Part shown: piece after piece, positions 8,181 to 10,024 of the stretch
How positions within the stretch are numbered: position 1 is the first letter of the stretch
How the letters are laid out: the number at the start of each line of letters is the position of its first letter
Source: Candidatus Iainarchaeum sp.
GTDB taxonomy: Archaea > Iainarchaeota > Iainarchaeia > Iainarchaeales > UBA10191
Direction: 5' to 3'
Assembly: GCA_030649735.1 (NCBI GenBank)
Contig: JAUSFL010000033.1
Span: forward strand, 1 to 10,024
Length of the DNA: 10,024 nucleotides
Notes under the pieces: generated by a model
Told to the model about the DNA's origin: nothing
What the model saw: the letters and a program-made list of their open reading frames with translations, nothing else
Database searches by the model: none
Translations under genes and position numbers: made by a program

Positions 8181-9146
8181 ATGGTTAATGAAAAAACAAG
8201 CATTTTTGATGGGATTTCGCAAAACAAGAATTTCAAGCTTTACGCAAAGTACTTGCATGATTCCGGAATTAAAGTTCCAGTGCTTGCGTGGATTGGATTG
8301 TCAATCCTTGTTTCTTTAGGCGCCGCGCTCGCGTGCTTTTTCCTGATTTCAATCATTAATTTCAATGAAATAATAATTCCAATAATAATTTTCATTGTAG
8401 TGGCAGACATGCTGATTGGAATGCCTTACTTGAAGGGATTAAAAAGGCTTGAAGAGATTGAAAGAAACCTGCCTGACGCATTGAAGCAAATGGCTGACAC
8501 TTTAAAGGCCGGAAGCACTTATGAGAGCGCGCTGCGGGAAGTTGCAGTTCCTGAAATGGGCGCTTTAGGCCAGGAAATGCAAAACGTGCTTAGAAAGCTT
8601 GAGGAAGGAGAGAATTTTGAAACCGCGCTTTCTGCACTTTCAGAAAACGTGAATTCCCGATTAGTGAAAAGAGTTGTGACCATTATAATAGACACAGTAA
8701 GGGCAGGGGCGGGATTGGCCGAAATTTTGGAAGACATTTCAGAAGACGCGCGCGAAATGTACAGGGTCAACCAGGACCGCAGAACCAGAACAATGCTTCA
8801 AGTACTGTTCATGGTGACTGCGGGCGCAATAATTGCGCCGTTCATTTTTGGGATCATTTCACAAATTGTCGTATTTTTGATTACTGTTGCGGCAAGCTCT
8901 GGCGTAGCAACCCAAGCCCAAATAATATTGGCCAACCAGGCAAAAGACGCAATCAGCATTTTATTGCAGGTTTACATTGCATTTGAAGTGCTTGCTTCTT
9001 CAGTAATGATGGCTTTAATGCGCGATGGAAAAGCCAGCAAAAGCATTATATACTTCCCTGCACTATTGCTCTTGGCGTTTGTGATTTTCTTTGCAGCGCG
9101 TTTTGCAATAGGCTTGATGCTTAACAGCTTGGGTGGCGGAATTTGA
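8181..9146 (+). CDS. Type IV pilus membrane platform protein (TadC/T2SS-F family) 2
   Basis: IERNLPDALKQMADTLKAGSTYESAL...AGAGLAEILEDIS and several TM segments. Start is ATG 8181 or TTG 8172. Confidence 0.9.
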   Translation: MVNEKTSIFDGISQNKNFKLYAKYLHDSGIKVPVLAWIGLSILVSLGAALACFFLISIINFNEIIIPIIIFIVVADMLIGMPYLKGLKRLEEIERNLPDALKQMADTLKAGSTYESALREVAVPEMGALGQEMQNVLRKLEEGENFETALSALSENVNSRLVKRVVTIIIDTVRAGAGLAEILEDISEDAREMYRVNQDRRTRTMLQVLFMVTAGAIIAPFIFGIISQIVVFLITVAASSGVATQAQIILANQAKDAISILLQVYIAFEVLASSVMMALMRDGKASKSIIYFPALLLLAFVIFFAARFAIGLMLNSLGGGI

Positions 9147-9310
9147 CTAAAAAAAGCATTTTTGAGGAATCCAATGCCCAGACTGGAATTGAGTACTTGC
9201 TGATTCTTGCAGGAGCAATCATTGTAGTGGCTGTCGTTGGATTTATTCTGAAAGGAATGGCCCAAGGAACCAATACAGTGGTGAATGAGCGGGTAAATTC
9301 AACAGAATAA
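9143..9310 (+). CDS. Small class III signal peptide pilin, 55 aa (not in ORF track)
   Basis: Hand translation: MTKKSIFEESNA/QTGIEYLLILAGAIIVVAVVGFILKGMAQGTNTVVNERVNSTE*. TTG start overlaps the upstream TGA, GGGTGG RBS at 9131-9136, Q+1/E+5 followed by a hydrophobic helix. Confidence 0.88.
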   Translation: MTKKSIFEESNAQTGIEYLLILAGAIIVVAVVGFILKGMAQGTNTVVNERVNSTE

Positions 9311-9336
9311 TCTTAAATATGACAAGAATAATCTTA
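9304..9336. repeat. 12-bp direct repeat AGAATAATCTTA x2, period 21 bp
   Basis: Exact copies at 9304-9315 and 9325-9336. Confidence 0.8.
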
Positions 9337-9364
9337 TATTAAATAATTCAAAATTAAAGGAGGT
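9311..9364 (+). promoter_or_regulatory. Putative internal promoter and strong RBS for the 107-aa pilin
   Basis: Very AT-rich 61-bp gap; TTAAATA at 9313-9319 and 9339-9345; GGAGGT at 9359-9364, 7 nt before ATG 9372. Confidence 0.65.
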
Positions 9365-9371
9365 CAAAAAA

Positions 9372-9695
9372 ATGTTTTCTAGAAAAGGACAAGGTTCTTT
9401 GGAGTATTTGTTATTGATTGGTGGCGCAGTATTGGTTGCGGCTATTGTAATAGCTTTGGTTGTTACAAGCACAGGCAGTACAGGAACAGCAACTGACTTA
9501 AAAACTGCCGCAAGCCAATGCTTTGGAAGAAATATTGTTGTTGCAACAACTAGTGCTCCGCAAATAACTTTGAATACTGTTGTGTATTCATGTTGTAGTA
9601 CAGCAGCTACCGGCAATTATACTGGAGCTATTACGCCAGCATTAGCGGCTGGAATTAACGGAGCTAGCTTAGCAACTTGTGCAACATTTAATTGA
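9372..9695 (+). CDS. Class III signal peptide pilin, candidate major pilin, 107 aa
   Basis: MFSRKG/QGSLEYLLLIGGAVLVAAIVIALVV (QxSxE motif); Ala/Thr/Gly-rich head with C50, C74, C75, C103 and an N-Y-T sequon. Confidence 0.92.
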   Translation: MFSRKGQGSLEYLLLIGGAVLVAAIVIALVVTSTGSTGTATDLKTAASQCFGRNIVVATTSAPQITLNTVVYSCCSTAATGNYTGAITPALAAGINGASLATCATFN

Positions 9696-9880
9696 CTGGT
9701 GTTTTAGTGGATTCTAGAGCGCAGACCTCGTTCGAGTATTTGCTAACTGTGGCTTTCGGCATTGTGCTAGTGATAGCGGCTTTGCTGATTGCCTTACAGT
9801 TGAACAGCATTGCATCTGCTCAAAAGGCAAAAATAATCGATTACAGAAGCTCTACAATCGGCTCTTTGATAAACCAGTAA
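9692..9880 (+). CDS. Small class III signal peptide pilin, 62 aa
   Basis: DSRA/QTSFEYLLTVAFGIVLVIAALLIAL; TTG start overlaps the upstream stop (TTGA). Confidence 0.88.
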   Translation: MTGVLVDSRAQTSFEYLLTVAFGIVLVIAALLIALQLNSIASAQKAKIIDYRSSTIGSLINQ

Positions 9881-9893
9881 CGGGGGCTTTCCA

Positions 9894-10024
9894 ATGCCCT
9901 TTCTTTTTTCTTTTTCTTTATTGTTTTTTTCAACAGCCTTGATTTTTCTGGCGATTGCCAGCTTTACTGACTTGAAATCAAGGGTTGTAAGCAACAGGCT
10001 GAATTATTCAATGCTTGCCTTGGG
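9894..10024 (+). CDS. A24-family prepilin peptidase, N-terminal part (runs off the window; not in ORF track)
   Basis: Hand translation: MPFLFSFSLLFFSTALIFLAIASFTDLKSRVVSNRLNYSMLAL(G)... A TM helix ends in ASxTDLKSRxVxN, typical of the first catalytic Asp of A24 peptidases. GGGGG RBS at 9882-9886; directly follows three pilins. Confidence 0.82.
   Translation, partial: MPFLFSFSLLFFSTALIFLAIASFTDLKSRVVSNRLNYSMLAL

Noticed and set aside
5202-9698. Identical 12-mer TTTAATTGACTG at the ATPase start (5202-5213) and third pilin start (9687-9698)
   Set aside because: A few distant 12-mer matches are expected by chance in 10 kb of AT-rich DNA, and both are constrained by a TTG start.
9900-9930. T-rich tract after the pilins as a non-coding terminator
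   Set aside because: It encodes the Phe/Leu/Ser TM helix of the peptidase ORF. A secondary attenuating role cannot be excluded but has no direct support.
8972-9994. Minus-strand ORFs 8972..9265, 9299..9616 and 9794..9994
   Set aside because: Antisense to TadC, the pilins and the peptidase, which have clear motifs and RBSs on the + strand.
1-10024. CRISPR array, tRNA/rRNA, IS/integrase or diversity-generating retroelement repeats
   Set aside because: Intergenic gaps are all under about 85 bp; no repeat-spacer pattern, cloverleaf, transposase, reverse transcriptase or long near-identical repeat pair was seen by eye.

Overview
Gene-dense archaeal chromosomal window. The archaeal call rests on an RFC small subunit, an Nre repair protein with a PIP box, class III signal peptide pilins and TATA-type promoters; a DPANN-like lineage is my inference. 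Left half: rfcS, a small NTF2-fold immunity-like gene (YbbC/YhhH-like) with no toxin nearby, a class I SAM methyltransferase, nre on the minus strand, and a divergent bacterial-type ThrRS lacking the TGS domain. Right half: an archaeal type IV (Tad/Epd-like) pilus locus with a CpaF/VirB11 ATPase, two TadC/T2SS-F membrane proteins, three pilins and the 5' end of an A24 prepilin peptidase. One pilin (55 aa) and the peptidase are missing from the supplied ORF track. The middle pilin stands out: low GC3, four Cys, its own strong RBS and an upstream 12-bp direct repeat. No rRNA, tRNA, CRISPR array or transposase was recognised.
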